Shown: positions 1 through 11,181 of the stretch, piece after piece
How the letters are laid out: every line of letters starts with the position of its first letter
Position numbering within the stretch: position 1 is the first letter of the stretch
The notes under the pieces: generated by a model
Seen by the model: the letters and a program-made list of their open reading frames with translations, nothing else
Told to the model about the DNA's origin: nothing
Databases searched by the model: none
Source of the DNA: Nitrososphaeria archaeon
GTDB lineage: Archaea; Thermoproteota; Nitrososphaeria; JACIWG01
Direction: 5' to 3'
DNA: 64,000 nucleotides
Assembly: GCA_963752255.1 (NCBI GenBank)
Contig: CAVVXT010000019.1
Coordinates: 512,001 to 576,000, forward strand
Program-made: the position numbers and the translations under genes

Positions 1-23
1 GGTTTTAAGTGTTTTGGAAGCTT

Positions 24-2189
24 CTAGCGGGGCCTTAAAATCTGCTCCTTTATCCGTTTAGCGATAACGGGACCAAGCTTTGGAATTCTTGCGATATCTA
101 ATTCCTTAGCCTTACGGAGATCGTTTAAATTCCTAAAACCTCTTGAGTACAGCAGTCGTGCCCTGATGCGGCCTACACCTTCGAGCTGTATAAGCTCTAT
201 AAGTTCCTTCTTGACGCCATATTTTATACGTTCTTCGAGCTCTGACGCCACCACCTGAAGTTCCCTCAGCTCCAGAAGCGAAGCGATTCTAGAGAAGGCG
301 TGAACCAACCATTCTATGGATTCGACTTGGCGATAAAGGTCACCTGGTTCGATGGAGAACTTGTCATATATTTCGTTTTCAGTCTTTTCATTTAACCATT
401 CTCTGAGGGACATGAAGCTTCTCCCTACCTCATTAAATTGATAAACAGAGAACAAATTTCCGAAGATCGAGCCGAATGAGGATTCTATTTCGTCTTTGAG
501 AATGTCATAAGATTCCATATCAGCCCTTCTTAATGAAAATTTTGGCTGGAAGTCATTTGATAATATAACTGAAAGGAGAACCAGATCTTCATTGGACGAT
601 ATGTCATCTTTATGCCTAGCGTAGTACTCCATTATCGTCTTATAGTGTATTCCAGTTGATGTCGATATATAGAGGAAAGATATGTTCTTACCGAATTCTG
701 TAGCGATATATCTTCCGTTTTCCTCTTCAATAAGGTCGTTGATCTTTAAATATGACAAATTAACTCTAATTTTAGAAGAAATAAACTGAGGACGCCTTTG
801 ATATCCTAGGAATGTTTTAGAAAAGAATGCGCAAAGCTCTTTTTCTGATGCTCCTGGGTAGCTTACGATGGTGGCGAGCAGATGATCTCTCAATATCTCG
901 TTGTCTATCAGCTTTGAATACAAAGGCTCAGGAGTGCCGTTAACGTAATGTTCAAAGAATGATTCAACATCGTCAAATCTAAGTATTGTTATCGCATACC
1001 CTATTTTATCGTATTGTGGTCTACCAGCTCTACCACAAAATTGTTTATACTCTAGAACACCTATATCCTCGTTCTGTCCCCATTCACTGTTATATCTTGA
1101 AAGGCTGTTGATTATGACTGTTCTTGCAGGTAAGTTAACGCCTGCTGCCAAGGTTGGCGTCGAACAGAGCACCTTGATAAGCCCCTCCTTAAACGCCCTT
1201 TCGATAATTCTTCTGCAAGATGAAGACAACCCAGCATGATGGAATGATGAGCCCTTGATTACGATACCAGCCAGTTTCCTTCCCACTTCTGTGATTTCAT
1301 CTGAAGTCATGATTTCTTCGTAGACATCCCTAAGCTTCTTGCTTTCTTCCTCCGACAGAAGATTCGAAGTTATTGATGTGGCCTTCTCTGCCAAAGACAC
1401 AGCATTCCGTCTATTCTCTGCAAATATCAACACCTGTCCTCCATCCTTTAACATGACATACGCAGAATCTATAGCTGGGCCGTATTTGCTTTGTAGGGTA
1501 TTATAGCTCTGACCATCATAGAAGACGATCTTACCCGAAGAATAAGCCCCTTCAAGTAGTTTCACCGGCCTCCACTTGTTGTTGACAACTTCAGCCTTAA
1601 GCCAGGAAGCGATATCTCTAAAGTTCGAAACTGTCGCACTTAAAGCGATGATCTGAGTTTTAGTTGGAGATGAAAGAAAACGAGAAACCAGCATTTCGAC
1701 GACCGGGCCCCGGTCGTCTTGGTTTAAAAGATGGATTTCATCAAACACTATCAGCCCTATCTTCTCTATCCAGCCTGGATCAAGCCTGAGCATTGAATCA
1801 AACTTCTCGTTCGTTAAAATGAGAAGATCTTTGTTCTTCAAATAGTCGCTCTTCTTATCGTAATCACCGGTCGAAATCGCTATGGCAGGTTTGGATCCAT
1901 CCGGCTTAACTAGAGAAGAGAGGGGAGAGAATTCTTCATATTTTTCACTTGCCAAAGCTCTTAGTGGTGTGAGGTATACAACTCTCCTATCTTCTAATAT
2001 GGCTTTAGCGGCACACATCATTGCAACTAGGGTCTTGCCACTGGCCGTCGGAGACGTTATCAGAACGTTCGCACCTTCCAAAACCCCCTTGTTTACAGCC
2101 TCTTCTTGGGGAGGATAAAGTGTCTGATAGCCTAGATTCTTCAGAAGTTCTTTAACCTGATTCGGAAGTTGCAGTTCTTCAACATGCAT
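24..2189 (-). CDS. hel308: Hel308/Ski2-like SF2 DNA helicase
   Basis: Q motif LYPPQ, Walker A SPTASGKT, DEIH, SAT, TLAAGVNLP, QFCGRAGRP, C-terminal HhH (GVGRIRARLL); 721 aa. Confidence 0.93.
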   Translation of the reverse strand: MHVEELQLPNQVKELLKNLGYQTLYPPQEEAVNKGVLEGANVLITSPTASGKTLVAMMCAAKAILEDRRVVYLTPLRALASEKYEEFSPLSSLVKPDGSKPAIAISTGDYDKKSDYLKNKDLLILTNEKFDSMLRLDPGWIEKIGLIVFDEIHLLNQDDRGPVVEMLVSRFLSSPTKTQIIALSATVSNFRDIASWLKAEVVNNKWRPVKLLEGAYSSGKIVFYDGQSYNTLQSKYGPAIDSAYVMLKDGGQVLIFAENRRNAVSLAEKATSITSNLLSEEESKKLRDVYEEIMTSDEITEVGRKLAGIVIKGSSFHHAGLSSSCRRIIERAFKEGLIKVLCSTPTLAAGVNLPARTVIINSLSRYNSEWGQNEDIGVLEYKQFCGRAGRPQYDKIGYAITILRFDDVESFFEHYVNGTPEPLYSKLIDNEILRDHLLATIVSYPGASEKELCAFFSKTFLGYQRRPQFISSKIRVNLSYLKINDLIEEENGRYIATEFGKNISFLYISTSTGIHYKTIMEYYARHKDDISSNEDLVLLSVILSNDFQPKFSLRRADMESYDILKDEIESSFGSIFGNLFSVYQFNEVGRSFMSLREWLNEKTENEIYDKFSIEPGDLYRQVESIEWLVHAFSRIASLLELRELQVVASELEERIKYGVKKELIELIQLEGVGRIRARLLYSRGFRNLNDLRKAKELDIARIPKLGPVIAKRIKEQILRPR

Positions 2190-2191
2190 AC

Positions 2192-4234
2192 CTAAGCCCT
2201 TCTATAAAAGCCAGGTTTAACCATATAGAAGACCCCTTTCTGCTCAAGTTGTGAAAAGTACATTTTAGCGTCTACTTCATTAAATTTGCCGGTTTCGACG
2301 ACGGATCTTATTAAACCATTCAGTTCTACAGCTTCATTTGTCGGCCCAGAAAGTTCCTTATACTTCTGGAAGATTATTTCAAGCTTACTTCTTTCACTTG
2401 CAGGTGTGCCCGTGATCGTGCCCATGTCCATCTTTCCAGTCTTCTGGTCTATAGCTACGGTATAGAGCATGTTCTTAGTCAGCGTTATTGCTTCAGCCAC
2501 GTCATCCTTGGTGACCTCGTTTCTGAGTAGAAGTCTTGCTCTTGCCATAGAAAGTCTAATCAGGGATTCTAACTGTCGAGGTGTGACCGGTATAGCTTGA
2601 CTTTCTGTCTGAGTACGCATTTCAAGGTAAAAGTCGATCATCATCTTCTCCGCTTCAGGCGTTATAGTAGGGCTGGTATTTTTACAGTACATCAGATACT
2701 TCCTGAGAAACGCGATATCTAATGGAGGTTTCTGAACAAATGAACGAGAACTACGAATTGCCATTATGTGAGAAGCTATCTGCTCATCAATAACCCTTTC
2801 AGGCACATCCCTTATTACAAATATCAGGTCAAACCTCGTTAAGAGGGGGGATGGAAGGTTTATATTCTCAGACAGGTTCTTGTAAGGATCATACTTCCCT
2901 AATAATGGGTTAGCTGCAGACAGAATAGATGTTCGAGCATTCAATGTCACAACAATGCCACCTTTCGCTACAGAAACCGTCTGCTGTTCCATAGCTTCAT
3001 GTAGAGCCTGACGATCAATATTAGTCATCTTATCAAATTCGTCTATTGCACAAATTCCCTGGTCAGCCAGAACTATGGCCCCAGCTTCAAGCATCAGCAT
3101 TCCACTCTTTTCACGAACAACAGCAGCCGTCAGACCAGCAGCAGTTGTACCTTTTCCAGAAGTATACAAACCCCTTGGAGCAAGCCTTACTGAATACTTA
3201 AGAAGCTCACTCTTGGCCGTTCCAGGGTCGCCAATTAACAAAATATTAATGTCACCCCTTAATGTAGTTCCGTCTGGAAGAGTTATCTGAGGCGCACCAA
3301 CGATCAGAAACAGGATAGCTTCCTTCAGAAGATCATGCCCATATATAGATGGCGAAAAAGAGCTGATGATCGTCTTCACCCAGTCAGGACGCCTTGCAAG
3401 CTCCCTGAACTTGAGTTCATCGGCTTTTTCTATCATTACATCCTCAGGTGCCTTCCCTAAGACCTCAACATGATTGCCCTCAAGTAGGGCGTTGAAAGTT
3501 CTTAATCGTCCACCTCTTACACTAAATTCTTCCTCCGCCTTAAGAATGCCAGTTATAATTACTCTATCACCGGGTCTTGCAATGTCAACAATATCACTGT
3601 ACAGTCTTATGTCAAGTTGCCTTGGAAGTTGTCCCGGCGGAAGCTCTTCAGGAAGTTCTTGTACACGAAGAACCTGATAATTGATGTAAGTGCCTTTGAA
3701 GTCGTCAAGCTTTAAATTTTCTTCATTACATTCCATACATCTTTCCGGTTTCCTTACAATTCGCTCTTTTTGTAGGATAAAGGTAACATGGCCGCATTTT
3801 TGACAGACCCACGCTGCTTCTATTAGGTAAGGCTTCACTTCTGAAACCCTCACTATGATCCCTGTTATTGCTACAAGGGTACTAAGGGTGCTGACGTCAA
3901 GCTTTCTTAGGGGATACCTTTCTGGAAGATTCCTGAAACGTACGATAAAATATTTTTCGACCCTCTTTGCGTAATCAGGATCTGTCTCCTTGAGAAATTC
4001 TAACGCTGACCTAGAGAACATGTCTAAATACTTGTTCGGATCCTTGGTGGAGGCGGCTGCAAGATCACTATCATACTTTGAGAGATCTGCATAATCTACA
4101 ACTAGCGAGTTAGAATTCTTTTGTATAATATTGTTCAATTGAACTCTATACTTCGGCTGATTAGATTCGTCGAGCTGGCCTCGTATGAAGTTTGAAAAGT
4201 TATCCTTCAGACGGGAATCAGAAGAAACTTCCAT
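2192..4234 (-). CDS. mcm: MCM replicative helicase
   Basis: Zn finger CQKC..CMEC, GDPGTAKS, IDEFDKM, Arg finger LLTRFDL; 680 aa. Confidence 0.97.
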   Translation of the reverse strand: MEVSSDSRLKDNFSNFIRGQLDESNQPKYRVQLNNIIQKNSNSLVVDYADLSKYDSDLAAASTKDPNKYLDMFSRSALEFLKETDPDYAKRVEKYFIVRFRNLPERYPLRKLDVSTLSTLVAITGIIVRVSEVKPYLIEAAWVCQKCGHVTFILQKERIVRKPERCMECNEENLKLDDFKGTYINYQVLRVQELPEELPPGQLPRQLDIRLYSDIVDIARPGDRVIITGILKAEEEFSVRGGRLRTFNALLEGNHVEVLGKAPEDVMIEKADELKFRELARRPDWVKTIISSFSPSIYGHDLLKEAILFLIVGAPQITLPDGTTLRGDINILLIGDPGTAKSELLKYSVRLAPRGLYTSGKGTTAAGLTAAVVREKSGMLMLEAGAIVLADQGICAIDEFDKMTNIDRQALHEAMEQQTVSVAKGGIVVTLNARTSILSAANPLLGKYDPYKNLSENINLPSPLLTRFDLIFVIRDVPERVIDEQIASHIMAIRSSRSFVQKPPLDIAFLRKYLMYCKNTSPTITPEAEKMMIDFYLEMRTQTESQAIPVTPRQLESLIRLSMARARLLLRNEVTKDDVAEAITLTKNMLYTVAIDQKTGKMDMGTITGTPASERSKLEIIFQKYKELSGPTNEAVELNGLIRSVVETGKFNEVDAKMYFSQLEQKGVFYMVKPGFYRRA

Positions 4235-4236
4235 GC

Positions 4237-4860
4237 TTACTCACCTTTCTCAAATATGGAGGAAGTGAGCTCATTTACATCCTTTTGGAGTGTCTGAAGC
4301 AGAATACGCTCCTCCAACGTGAGTTTAGGAAGAACATCACTAGTTTCAGAGTAGGTTCGAGCATAGTGCAGAATTTTTCTTATCCTTATGCTGACCAGAT
4401 CTGATGCGTCATTATGGATTTTAAGGAAATCATTCCTTAAAGGAACGTCAGAGGAGTTTTCCGTACGTTTCCTTTTAATGAAATCAATCAGATTTATGTA
4501 AAAGCCATCATCCAGCTGTGAAAGGTTTACTGAATCCTTTAGAAGTTTCTCCTTTGCAACACTCCTAAAGAAATCATCGCTAAAATTTTCCTCTTGAACG
4601 TCTACAAATCCGTTTTTAGCAAGCACATCTGCAGCCCAAAGGGGCAGAGACATGCTTGAACCCTCCATAACAGCTTCTATTTGGAGACTTCCAAGCCTTA
4701 TGTTCGATACCGATGATTTAAAAACTACTTTAACTGGGCTTATAAGAAAACCCATTCTTCTTATTTCAAACAACTCTTTGATCGACACGGACACCTTTAA
4801 TCGCAACATAAGGATGTTCCGACAATTAAAAGCTTTAAAAAAGAAAATGAGACAAGGCAT
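4237..4860 (-). CDS. GINS complex subunit (Gins23-like); true start probably downstream of the ORF-track start
   Basis: LPLWAADVL beta-domain motif followed by helical domain (IRIRKI, LTLEER); immediately upstream of mcm. Confidence 0.75.
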   Translation of the reverse strand: MPCLIFFFKAFNCRNILMLRLKVSVSIKELFEIRRMGFLISPVKVVFKSSVSNIRLGSLQIEAVMEGSSMSLPLWAADVLAKNGFVDVQEENFSDDFFRSVAKEKLLKDSVNLSQLDDGFYINLIDFIKRKRTENSSDVPLRNDFLKIHNDASDLVSIRIRKILHYARTYSETSDVLPKLTLEERILLQTLQKDVNELTSSIFEKGE

Positions 4861-4943
4861 GATTCATAGAGCTTGCTGTTAGCCTAATAATCGATAAAAA
4901 TGTCTGTAATTTACGCTTATATCCACAATGTTTTATTGGTAAA

Positions 4944-5912
4944 GTGAGAAAAACAATGAGCCAAGAAGAACTGATGTGGGTTGAAAAATACAGACCGAAA
5001 GAACTGGAAGATGTTGTAAACCAAAAAGAAGTTATCGAAAGAATCGTACCACTTATTGATAAGCCCCTTGAGATGCCTCATTTCCTTTTTGCAGGACCAC
5101 CTGGCACAGGAAAGACTACGGTAGCTTTAATCTTGGCACATAAGCTTCTGGGAAATGTCTGGAGAGATTATACCCTAGAACTTAACGCCTCAGATGAGAG
5201 GGGAATAAAGATCGTGAGGGAAAGAATCAAGACTTTTGCTGGGTACGTAGATAGAAGTGTTAACATTCCCTTCAGACTTATAATCTTGGATGAAGCTGAC
5301 GAAATGACACATGATGCTCAGACCGCATTAAGGAGGATAATGGAAGAGAGTTCCAAGTATACAAGGTTCATAATGGTATGTAACTATTCTTCTCAGATCA
5401 TTGAGCCTTTACAGAGTCGATGCGCAATCTTCAGATTCCAAAGACTCGATAGGGAGGGGGTTGTTCAACAGATGATTAAAATATGCAAAAATGAGCACAT
5501 TAAACCAGAAGAAGGAGCACTAGACCTTCTATACGATATTACAGAAGGTGATTTAAGGCAGACAATAAATCTTCTCCAATCTGCTGTCATAGACGAAAAG
5601 ATTACAAAAGAAAGTGTCAAGAAACAGGCTGGAATGATGGGTGAAGAGACCATTAAAAGAATGGTCGAACATGCGCTGAAAGGAAGGTTCAATGATTCAA
5701 GAAAGATTTTGGTAGAACTTCTAAAAATAGACGGTGTATCAGAAACTGAAATCTTGAAGATTGTAGGTAATGTTTTGATGGAGGATGATAGGATCGACCA
5801 CGGAAAGGCCGCAGAAATTCTTGCCGAATATGATTATCGGATTATAATGGGTGCAAATCCTGAGATACAACTTACAGCCCTGCTCTCAGAAATAGAGGAC
5901 ACTCTAAAGTGA
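4944..5912 (+). CDS. rfcS: Replication factor C small subunit
   Basis: WVEKYRP, GPPGTGKT, LNASDERG, ILDEAD, LQSRC. Confidence 0.96.
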   Translation: MRKTMSQEELMWVEKYRPKELEDVVNQKEVIERIVPLIDKPLEMPHFLFAGPPGTGKTTVALILAHKLLGNVWRDYTLELNASDERGIKIVRERIKTFAGYVDRSVNIPFRLIILDEADEMTHDAQTALRRIMEESSKYTRFIMVCNYSSQIIEPLQSRCAIFRFQRLDREGVVQQMIKICKNEHIKPEEGALDLLYDITEGDLRQTINLLQSAVIDEKITKESVKKQAGMMGEETIKRMVEHALKGRFNDSRKILVELLKIDGVSETEILKIVGNVLMEDDRIDHGKAAEILAEYDYRIIMGANPEIQLTALLSEIEDTLK

Positions 5913-5918
5913 TAGAAT

Positions 5919-7205
5919 TTGAAGCTTGAACTTCCCCGTGGGCTAAGGGATATCGAACCCCAGGAATTCGTTAAGATGGAATGGCTAAGAGAAAAGTTCG
6001 TAGAAACATTAGGACTTTTTGGCTTCAACAAAATGGAACCGTCTCCCCTAGAAAATCTGAGCACATTGGAGACGAAAAGTGGTTCTTCAATAATAGATGA
6101 AATCTATTGCTTCAAGGATAAAGCTCAGAGAGATTTAGGCTTAAGATTTGATCTAACTGTCGGAATTAGCAGGTATGTTGCTTCAAGAAGAGATTTGGAG
6201 TTCCCGACAAAAATTGGAGCATTTTCAGGTGTTTGGAGATACGATGAGCCTCAGCACGGACGATATCGATGGTTTTATCAATGGGATTCAGAGATATATG
6301 GGAAGCCCCGAATAGAATCAGACGCCGAAATCGTTGAACTATCAACAACCTATTTTGACAAAGTTGGACTAAAAGGCGTGCAAGTAGAACTGAATGATAG
6401 AAAGATCGTAGAAGAATACATAATTGAGATTTTAGGAGTGAAAGAGGAAGAAGCAGTCAATGAGCTCCTAAGACTGCTAGACAAGACCACAAAGAAGGGT
6501 GAGGAAGAAATTTTGGAAGAATACACGTCTAAGGGATTTACCGAGGAAAAAGTAAGAAAGGTTTTATCAATAGGAAAAATCTCAGGTGAGCCTAGTAGCG
6601 CGCTGTCGCAGTTGGATGAACTTCATCTGAAAAAAACAAACGATTTAAGATACATTGTTGAAGAATTAGATAGCAGAGGAATAAAGAACTTCCACATAAA
6701 TCTAGGAATCGTCAGAGGAATAGACTATTATAGTGGAATCGTCTACGAATTCTATGAAGGCTCTTTAAGCAAACTTGCTATCGCAGGAGGAGGCAGATAC
6801 GATAAACTTATGCAAGTCTTTGGAAGAGATGATATTTCAGCTACAGGTGTTGCAGGAGGAGTTGAAAGGTTGATGATGGTGCTTGAACAAAAAGAAAACC
6901 TTTCAAACGCCAAGAAAAAAATGATTTTTGTAGCAAATGCAACTGAAGACCTAAAACACAAGGCTCAAAAAATAGCTGCAGAACTTAGAAGGGAAGGATA
7001 CCCTGCAATAACCGATCTGTACTCTAGAGATCTAAGGAAACAATTTGCATACGCTTCAAAGCATTGCAGTTATGCTATAATCGTGGCTCCAAAAGAAGAT
7101 AAGGAAAATTGTTGTATCACAAAGAATTTAGAAAGCGGAAGAGAGAAGATAATCGAATATGAAAGACTTGCTAACTGGCTAAAAGAACAATTCTTTGACT
7201 CCTAA
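5919..7205 (+). CDS. hisS: Histidine-tRNA ligase
   Basis: PRGLRD, LRFDLT, RYDEPQHGRYRWFYQ, RGIDYYSG, GGGRYD, C-terminal anticodon-binding domain. Confidence 0.95.
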   Translation: MKLELPRGLRDIEPQEFVKMEWLREKFVETLGLFGFNKMEPSPLENLSTLETKSGSSIIDEIYCFKDKAQRDLGLRFDLTVGISRYVASRRDLEFPTKIGAFSGVWRYDEPQHGRYRWFYQWDSEIYGKPRIESDAEIVELSTTYFDKVGLKGVQVELNDRKIVEEYIIEILGVKEEEAVNELLRLLDKTTKKGEEEILEEYTSKGFTEEKVRKVLSIGKISGEPSSALSQLDELHLKKTNDLRYIVEELDSRGIKNFHINLGIVRGIDYYSGIVYEFYEGSLSKLAIAGGGRYDKLMQVFGRDDISATGVAGGVERLMMVLEQKENLSNAKKKMIFVANATEDLKHKAQKIAAELRREGYPAITDLYSRDLRKQFAYASKHCSYAIIVAPKEDKENCCITKNLESGREKIIEYERLANWLKEQFFDS

Positions 7206-7363
7206 AGTCGACTCATGGAAGATCTTTAAAAGTCAAGTACCTCTCCATTTTTATGTAAACCGAGGATTCAGGAAGCATATCAATAGATATTATTTTAAAC
7301 CTGCCTGAAGAACGAAAGAATCTTAAAGGAGCCTATTCTGAACTTTGGAAACTGTTTATGAGA

Positions 7364-7436
7364 TAGCCCGGACCAGATTCGAACTGGTGTCAACGGGTCC
7401 AAAGCCCGCTATGTTTGACCACTGCACCACCGGGCT
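7364..7436 (-). tRNA. tRNA-Gln(UUG)
   Basis: AGCCCGG acceptor stem, anticodon arm GCGGG-CT-TTG-GA-CCCGT, T loop GTTCGAATC; no intron. Confidence 0.95.
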
Positions 7437-7463
7437 ATATGCTCACCTTTTGAAGAGATAGGT

Positions 7464-8522
7464 TTAAACCTTTTTCCCGATCGTCTCGATCTTTGAAATA
7501 ATTTTTTCGTGAGGGTCTTCCAGAGAATCCCAAAATTCATGAGAACGCTTCCTGTACTTAATCCTCCAATCATCATCGCAACATACAAGGGAAAGAAATT
7601 TCATAAAAGCATTAACATTATCATATTTAAAAATCAGTTTCTTTTTTATTAGAAACTCTTCAATCAACGTTGCTTTACTTGGATAAGCAGATATTGCTGG
7701 CACACCTAGAAGAGCAGCTTCATGAGTCATGGTGCCACCCATTCCAACAAAGACGTCAGAGCTCTTGATCAAACTAGGCCCATCTACGGCTGAATCTAAA
7801 AGGGTGATATCGTCTCCAAATTCTGTCTTCAGATTGCTATTCCCGTTCTGATATCTGGATAATATGATGATATTGGCTTTATCGGCATATTGGTTGACGA
7901 TCTCCCTCACAAAACCAAGCACATTACCACCTTTTCCGAGGAGATAGGACGCGTACTCTTCATGCATTCTTATTGTGATGGTTAACCTCTTCTCCAGACC
8001 TAGCTCCTTCTTCATGTCTCTAAAGTGCCAGTTCCTCAACCATATAGATGCATCAATTGCTCTGTAATGAATAACGTTTTTCGCTTCAATACCGTACTTG
8101 GTCCAAACGTTCGTAGGAATGATCCAAGGTGTGAATAGAAGCCTAGAAAGGGGGACGGTTAATTTTGATGCGTGAACGGCATGCGGGCTATCACTAAAGT
8201 TTAGATGTGGAATTCCAAGGCCGAAGGATACTCTCGCACATTCTGGAGATGAAAAGGACAAAGCTAAGTCGAAGCATCCATCGTAAATGATTTTTGAAAG
8301 AGCTTGAATTCTTCTTGAACTTTCGACAAGTTTCTCGAAAGGTGTAAGCCCATGTTTTCCAACAACTTCTAAATAATAGTTAACGATTGACCCTAATTCG
8401 TAACCTCCGTAACCAGCCCGAGTTGTAGAAAAGACTTCATGCCCATCACTCTTCAACCAGTCTTTAACTACATTAAAGAAAAGGGCCTGTTTTGGCGTTA
8501 ATGCGTCAATCCAAACTTTCAT
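7464..8522 (-). CDS. DUF354 family (GT-B-fold, LpxB-like) protein
   Basis: MKVWIDALTPKQ N-terminus and GGTMTHEAALLGVP motif. Confidence 0.85.
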   Translation of the reverse strand: MKVWIDALTPKQALFFNVVKDWLKSDGHEVFSTTRAGYGGYELGSIVNYYLEVVGKHGLTPFEKLVESSRRIQALSKIIYDGCFDLALSFSSPECARVSFGLGIPHLNFSDSPHAVHASKLTVPLSRLLFTPWIIPTNVWTKYGIEAKNVIHYRAIDASIWLRNWHFRDMKKELGLEKRLTITIRMHEEYASYLLGKGGNVLGFVREIVNQYADKANIIILSRYQNGNSNLKTEFGDDITLLDSAVDGPSLIKSSDVFVGMGGTMTHEAALLGVPAISAYPSKATLIEEFLIKKKLIFKYDNVNAFMKFLSLVCCDDDWRIKYRKRSHEFWDSLEDPHEKIISKIETIGKKV

Positions 8523-8562
8523 ATTTTTAGCACAAAACTATATAATAGTTGAGGTTTTAAAT

Positions 8563-9702
8563 TTGTTGATGACGTGGAGCAAAAAACACCTCACGGTATA
8601 CGGTCTGAGTAAAGAAGGATATGACATGGCTTCAAAATTCTCTGAAAAGGGGTTTGAGACCTCAATAATCGATGAAAGACTCAATTCACCCATGAAGGTG
8701 AGCAGAAAAGACTTCTCCAAAAGTCAAACTGTTGACGATTTTTTTGAAGAAGAAACTTTAGCTGAAATCACATCCCTCCAAGACACTATATCGAATTCAG
8801 ACGTTCTCGTCTACTGTCCAAAGATAAGATGTGAAGTCACTGAAATCTATCACCAATATGAGCGTTCATTAAAGGAGATAATACCAATTATGTCTAAAGG
8901 ATCAGTCCTCATATTTTCGGTGCCATTGGGTTTCGATGGGCAAAAGGAAATAGTAAAAATAGTCAGAAAATATACAAATCTCGATGAAAGTGAATACGGC
9001 GTAATCTTTTTACCACCATTCTTTGACGGAAAAACAACCGTTGTGGGAACATTCGGAAACGTGGAAGGTGTCCAAAAGATGTTGAGCGAAGCACTAGGAC
9101 AAAACATCCAAGAGTTCACGCTTGAAGAGGCCGAGAAGATCTTCTTCAGCAAAATACTGGAAAGGTTCTCATACTACACAGCTCAGATGATCACTTCGAC
9201 CGCCGCTACCAATCCTGAAGAAGAACATCCCTATTACAGCAATCTCTTCTCTTACTATACGGATCTGAAAATGATCTATATAACAACAGGAAGAGGAACG
9301 CAGTTGAAGAGTTTTTCAAGTTCCTTGATCAGAATAGTGGAAAGCTACCCAAAAAACCTATTAAACTACCTAAAAGGATTAACTAAAGAAAATAACGTAA
9401 AACCTAGCAGGGCAAGAATAATTGCATTATGGAGCAAGAGCAGCTATCATATAAGACCGGACATAGAAAAGGCATCGCAGGATCTGATTTTATTGCTGCA
9501 GGACATCTTTGTTGACGTACAAGTCTTTTCATACCAAGAGTTAGTGCAGAAAAAAATTCTTTCTTCAGCCCTGAACAGGAACCCTACATTTTTAATAGCC
9601 TGCTCAGATTTAGATTACCAGAGTGTTTCAAACCAGATAAAAGGGAAAAATCAGATGATTACGGTTATTAAGGCTACGTTGCCTCCGTCAAGGTGGCCAT
9701 GA
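8563..9702 (+). CDS. Divergent nucleotide-sugar (UDP-glucose/GDP-mannose family) dehydrogenase-like protein
   Basis: Degenerate N-terminal Rossmann (VYGLSKEG), size and position in a sugar-nucleotide cluster. Confidence 0.5.
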   Translation: MLMTWSKKHLTVYGLSKEGYDMASKFSEKGFETSIIDERLNSPMKVSRKDFSKSQTVDDFFEEETLAEITSLQDTISNSDVLVYCPKIRCEVTEIYHQYERSLKEIIPIMSKGSVLIFSVPLGFDGQKEIVKIVRKYTNLDESEYGVIFLPPFFDGKTTVVGTFGNVEGVQKMLSEALGQNIQEFTLEEAEKIFFSKILERFSYYTAQMITSTAATNPEEEHPYYSNLFSYYTDLKMIYITTGRGTQLKSFSSSLIRIVESYPKNLLNYLKGLTKENNVKPSRARIIALWSKSSYHIRPDIEKASQDLILLLQDIFVDVQVFSYQELVQKKILSSALNRNPTFLIACSDLDYQSVSNQIKGKNQMITVIKATLPPSRWP

Positions 9703-9703
9703 A

Positions 9704-10642
9704 ATGGCAGACGTCAAGATAGGTGTTATAGGCACAGGTGGCTGGGGTAAGAACCATCTGAGGGTGTTAAACGAGCTAAAAGTATTGGGGGCGATCTGTG
9801 ACCTAAACGAAGACAGGGCTAGAGAGAATTCTAAGAAATATGGGGTTGAGGCTTATACAGATGTTGACAGTTTTCTTAAACATGACCTTGATGGTGTAAT
9901 CGTTAGCACACCTACGAAAACCCATTTCCAAATAGCTTCAAAGGTTATAGAAAGCGGAAGAAACCTTCTGGTAGAAAAACCTTTCACATATGATGTTGAG
10001 GAAGGAGAACACCTTGTTAAGAAGGCTAAAGAAAAAAAGACGATTATGACTGTTGGATTTATAGAACGATTTAATCCAGCCATGAGAGAAGCTAAAAATC
10101 TCGTCGCAAAGGGAAAAATAGGAGACCCACTTTATCTGATGTTCATCAGAGAAAACAGATGGCCCGCTCATATTCTTGACGTAGGAGTTATTTTGGACAC
10201 AACAATACACGATATCGATCTGTCAAGATGGTTCTTCGGTAAAGAACCAACATTGATATTTGCAAGAACAGGAAATTTCGGATTAGACAGAGAAAGGGTT
10301 TCAGCCTTAACTTTAGGATTTCCAGAAGAACGTTCATCGTTGATAATATCAAACTGGATAACACCAAGAAAACTCAGGCAACTTGAAATTGTCGGAGAAA
10401 ACGGGATAATATCCTTAGACTTTATTACACAGGAAATCAAGATCGACCTAGAGGATAGAATAGACATACCCAGAATCAAATATGAAGAACCGCTCACATT
10501 AGAACTAAGGCATTTTGTGGAGTCTATCAAAGAAAAGAAGCAACCAGAAGTTACGGGAGAGGATGGTGTGAAGGCAACCAAGATAGCCCAAGCCGCATTA
10601 ACTTCAAACAGGCTTGGATCAGCGATATTTATAGAGCTCTGA
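9704..10642 (+). CDS. Gfo/Idh/MocA oxidoreductase (WlbA/WbpB-like)
   Basis: GVIGTGGWG, VEKP, GFIERFNP, DTTIHDID. Confidence 0.9.
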   Translation: MADVKIGVIGTGGWGKNHLRVLNELKVLGAICDLNEDRARENSKKYGVEAYTDVDSFLKHDLDGVIVSTPTKTHFQIASKVIESGRNLLVEKPFTYDVEEGEHLVKKAKEKKTIMTVGFIERFNPAMREAKNLVAKGKIGDPLYLMFIRENRWPAHILDVGVILDTTIHDIDLSRWFFGKEPTLIFARTGNFGLDRERVSALTLGFPEERSSLIISNWITPRKLRQLEIVGENGIISLDFITQEIKIDLEDRIDIPRIKYEEPLTLELRHFVESIKEKKQPEVTGEDGVKATKIAQAALTSNRLGSAIFIEL

Positions 10643-10692
10643 ACAAAAACGTAAAAATAGTAGGATAACAGAAATGTGGATTTAAGATAGGG

Positions 10693-11181
10693 ATGAATAA
10701 AGTAATTAATTATGTCAGCAAAAAAGCCAAGCTGGGAAGAAATGTGAAAGTTTGGCATTTCACCTATGTAGGAGATAACACGATTATAGGAGACGATGTC
10801 ATGATAGGATCTTTATGTCACATAGACTATAACGTCAAGATAGGGAGTCATGTTCGAATAGAAGGATTGACGTATATACCTCCGCAAACGGTTATAGGTG
10901 ACAATGTTTTCATAGGTCCAGCTACGGTCTTTACCAACGACCCTTATCCACCAAGCAAGAAGATGGCAGGTGTAATCGTAGAAAATGATGTTTCAATAGG
11001 TGCGAGGTCGGTCATAAAGGCAGGAGTAAGGCTTGGAAGAGGCTGTGTAATAGCGATGGGATCTGTTGTAACAAAAGATGTCCCCTCTGAAACTCTTGTC
11101 ATAGGTTCCCCCGCAAACCCAGTCTACGACAGGAAAACATACGATGAAAAAAGGAAGACGTGGGAAAAAAATTCTACCTAA
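10693..11181 (+). CDS. Hexapeptide-repeat N-acetyltransferase (WbpD-like)
   Basis: Left-handed beta-helix repeats, FIGPATVFTNDPYP, GSVVTKDVP. Confidence 0.88.
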   Translation: MNKVINYVSKKAKLGRNVKVWHFTYVGDNTIIGDDVMIGSLCHIDYNVKIGSHVRIEGLTYIPPQTVIGDNVFIGPATVFTNDPYPPSKKMAGVIVENDVSIGARSVIKAGVRLGRGCVIAMGSVVTKDVPSETLVIGSPANPVYDRKTYDEKRKTWEKNST